The notes below the pieces were generated by a model that saw nothing but the letters and a program-made list of their open reading frames with translations, had not been told where the DNA came from and did no database searches. Of a stretch of DNA of 47,555 bases, positions 45,973-47,555 are shown in pieces; positions within the stretch are counted from its first letter, which is position 1, and every line of letters begins with the position of its first letter. A program made the translations under genes and the position numbers. Source of the stretch: a bacterium (GTDB taxonomy: Bacteria; Actinomycetota; Acidimicrobiia; Acidimicrobiales; Bin134). The stretch is from assembly GCA_026709815.1 (NCBI GenBank), contig JAPOSH010000044.1:1-47555 (forward strand), written 5' to 3'.

Positions 45973-46059
45973 CGCCCGCTCCCCAAGCCGCGGGTCTTGG
46001 TCAACCGCATGGTTCCAGTCTGGCAAGTCCTGCTCCTGTGGCCGCGCCCCATTTCAACT

Positions 46060-47049
46060 TCAGTCTCCAACACCGAATTGCGGGAAGCGGGACAGCACCT
46101 CGTCGGCCAGAGCCTCGGCGCCGGCGGCAGCGTCGAGCCAGACGATTCGGGGGTCGCGGCGGAACCAACGCTCTTGGCGGCGGGCGAACCGCCGGGTGCG
46201 GGAGACGGCCAGCGCCACCGCCTCGGCCCGCGAGATCCCGCCGCGGACACAATCCAGCAACTCCTTGTAGCCCAGCGCCTGCGACGCCGTGCGCGACAGC
46301 GGGGGTTGGCGAGCAGCCAGCGCTTCCACCTCGGCCAGAAATCCGTCGGCCATCTGCCGGTGGTAGCGCTGCTCGATGAGGCGGTCAACCTCGGCTCGGG
46401 CCCGCCACAGGCCGACTTGCACGATGCCGCGAGGAGGATACTCGCCCAGACCCGGACCGTAGGAGGAGAACGGGCGGCCGCTTCCCACGGTGACCTCCAG
46501 TGCCCGCAGGGTCCGGCGACGGTTGGCAGGCTCTATGCGGGATGCGGCTACTGGATCAAGCTCGGCCAAGCGGAGGTGCAGCGCTGCAGTGTCGGGCTCT
46601 TGCTCCAGCACCGCCGCCGTATCGGGGAAGCGGCCGGGGATGTCGAGGTCGTCTATCACCGCCCGGTAGTAGAGCCCGGTGCCGCCCACCAGCACCGCAT
46701 GCCGGCGCCGCGCCCCGATGTCGGCCCGGGCCCGGCGGGCGGCGGCTTGGAACATGGTCAGGGAGTAGTCCTCGGAGGGGTCGGCCACGTCGATGAGGTG
46801 GTGGGGCAGCTCATCTCGCACCGAAGCAGGCGGCTTGTCGGTGCCGATGTCCATTTCCCGGTAGACCTGCATGGAGTCCACCGAGATGATCTCGGCATTT
46901 CCCAACCGCCGGGCGATGGCCGCCGCCGCAGCCGACTTTCCGCTGGCGGTGACCCCCACGATGGCCAGGGCGCTCGGAACGCCTCGGTGGGAAGCGACGG
47001 TAAGCGGCAAGCCGCTCAGAGCGCCGCTACCGGAATCCTGGTGCGCCAC
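46060..47049 (-). CDS. miaA: tRNA dimethylallyltransferase (start approximate)
   Basis: GVTASGKS, SVDSMQVYREMDIGTDKP, VGGTGLY, QALGYKE, ARRQERWF. Confidence 0.95.
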   Translation of the reverse strand: MAHQDSGSGALSGLPLTVASHRGVPSALAIVGVTASGKSAAAAAIARRLGNAEIISVDSMQVYREMDIGTDKPPASVRDELPHHLIDVADPSEDYSLTMFQAAARRARADIGARRRHAVLVGGTGLYYRAVIDDLDIPGRFPDTAAVLEQEPDTAALHLRLAELDPVAASRIEPANRRRTLRALEVTVGSGRPFSSYGPGLGEYPPRGIVQVGLWRARAEVDRLIEQRYHRQMADGFLAEVEALAARQPPLSRTASQALGYKELLDCVRGGISRAEAVALAVSRTRRFARRQERWFRRDPRIVWLDAAAGAEALADEVLSRFPQFGVGD

Positions 47050-47555
47050 CGGGGCCGCGCGGTGATCTCAGCCGACTCGCCCCGCAGGTGATTGGCACCG
47101 GCCGCCGCCACCTCTACTGTGGCGAAGGTTCCCGGCTTCAGCGCCTGCGCCGAGGGGAAGTGAACCAGGCGGTTCTGCCTGGTCCGCCCGGTGAGCAGGC
47201 CTGGATCCTTCTTGGACGGACCCTCCACCACCACTTCCTCGCAGCCTCCCACCCGGGCCTGATTGGCCCGCCGGCTGGAGCGCTCCACCACCGTCCGAAG
47301 CCGCTCGAAGCGATCCCGCACCTCGTCGGGATCGCAGAACTCCTCGACCATCTCCGCGGCCTCCGTGCCCGGTCGGGGCGAGTAGACGAAGGTGAACGCC
47401 GAGTCGAACTCCGCCGCCGCCGCGACCTGGAGGGTCTGCTCGAAATCATCCTCGGTCTCGCCGGGAAAACCCACGATGATGTCAGTGGACACCGCCAGGT
47501 CGTCCACTGCGGCCCGGGCGGCCTGAAGCCGCTCCAAATACCGCTCAGCGGTGTA
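47016..47555 (-). CDS. miaB: tRNA-i6A37 methylthiotransferase, C-terminal part (runs off window)
   Basis: STDIIVGFPGETE.DF, YSPRPGT.AA, TRAM domain GRTRQN.LVHF. Confidence 0.93.
   Translation of the reverse strand, partial: YTAERYLERLQAARAAVDDLAVSTDIIVGFPGETEDDFEQTLQVAAAAEFDSAFTFVYSPRPGTEAAEMVEEFCDPDEVRDRFERLRTVVERSSRRANQARVGGCEEVVVEGPSKKDPGLLTGRTRQNRLVHFPSAQALKPGTFATVEVAAAGANHLRGESAEITARPRWRTRIPVAAL

Overview
High-GC actinobacterial chromosomal segment; gene content and protein style suggest Acidimicrobiia (inference). It is mostly core and housekeeping: queG (partial), NYN protein, trpD, FGGY kinase, RNase P RNA, a class A PBP, flavin/F420 oxidoreductases, Fe3+-type ABC ATPase and permease, tRNA-Val/Cys/Gly, fpg, metB-like, metX, DEAD helicase, lgt, GH13, class II ribonucleotide reductase nrdJ, dapEDC, hflX, dapF, miaA and miaB (partial). 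Small accessory insertions are a DUF222-HNH gene in an AT-rich patch and genes splitting the tRNA cluster. No CRISPR array, prophage or transposase was seen. Five signals are not explained by the ORF track. (1) A ~160-230 nt multi-hairpin structured leader sits directly upstream of nrdJ where nrdR is usually found; it is a candidate new cis-regulatory RNA. (2) An AhpD/CMD-family gene is split by an in-frame UGA in a CxxU motif followed by a SECIS-like hairpin, i.e. a probable selenoprotein. (3) The Fpg gene can only start at CTG. (4) Gene-start regions are repeatedly duplicated, some producing short bridging ORFs. (5) Three genes share a TGTCAC-N9-NANNNT promoter-like motif. All family calls come from motif recognition by eye; no database search was run.
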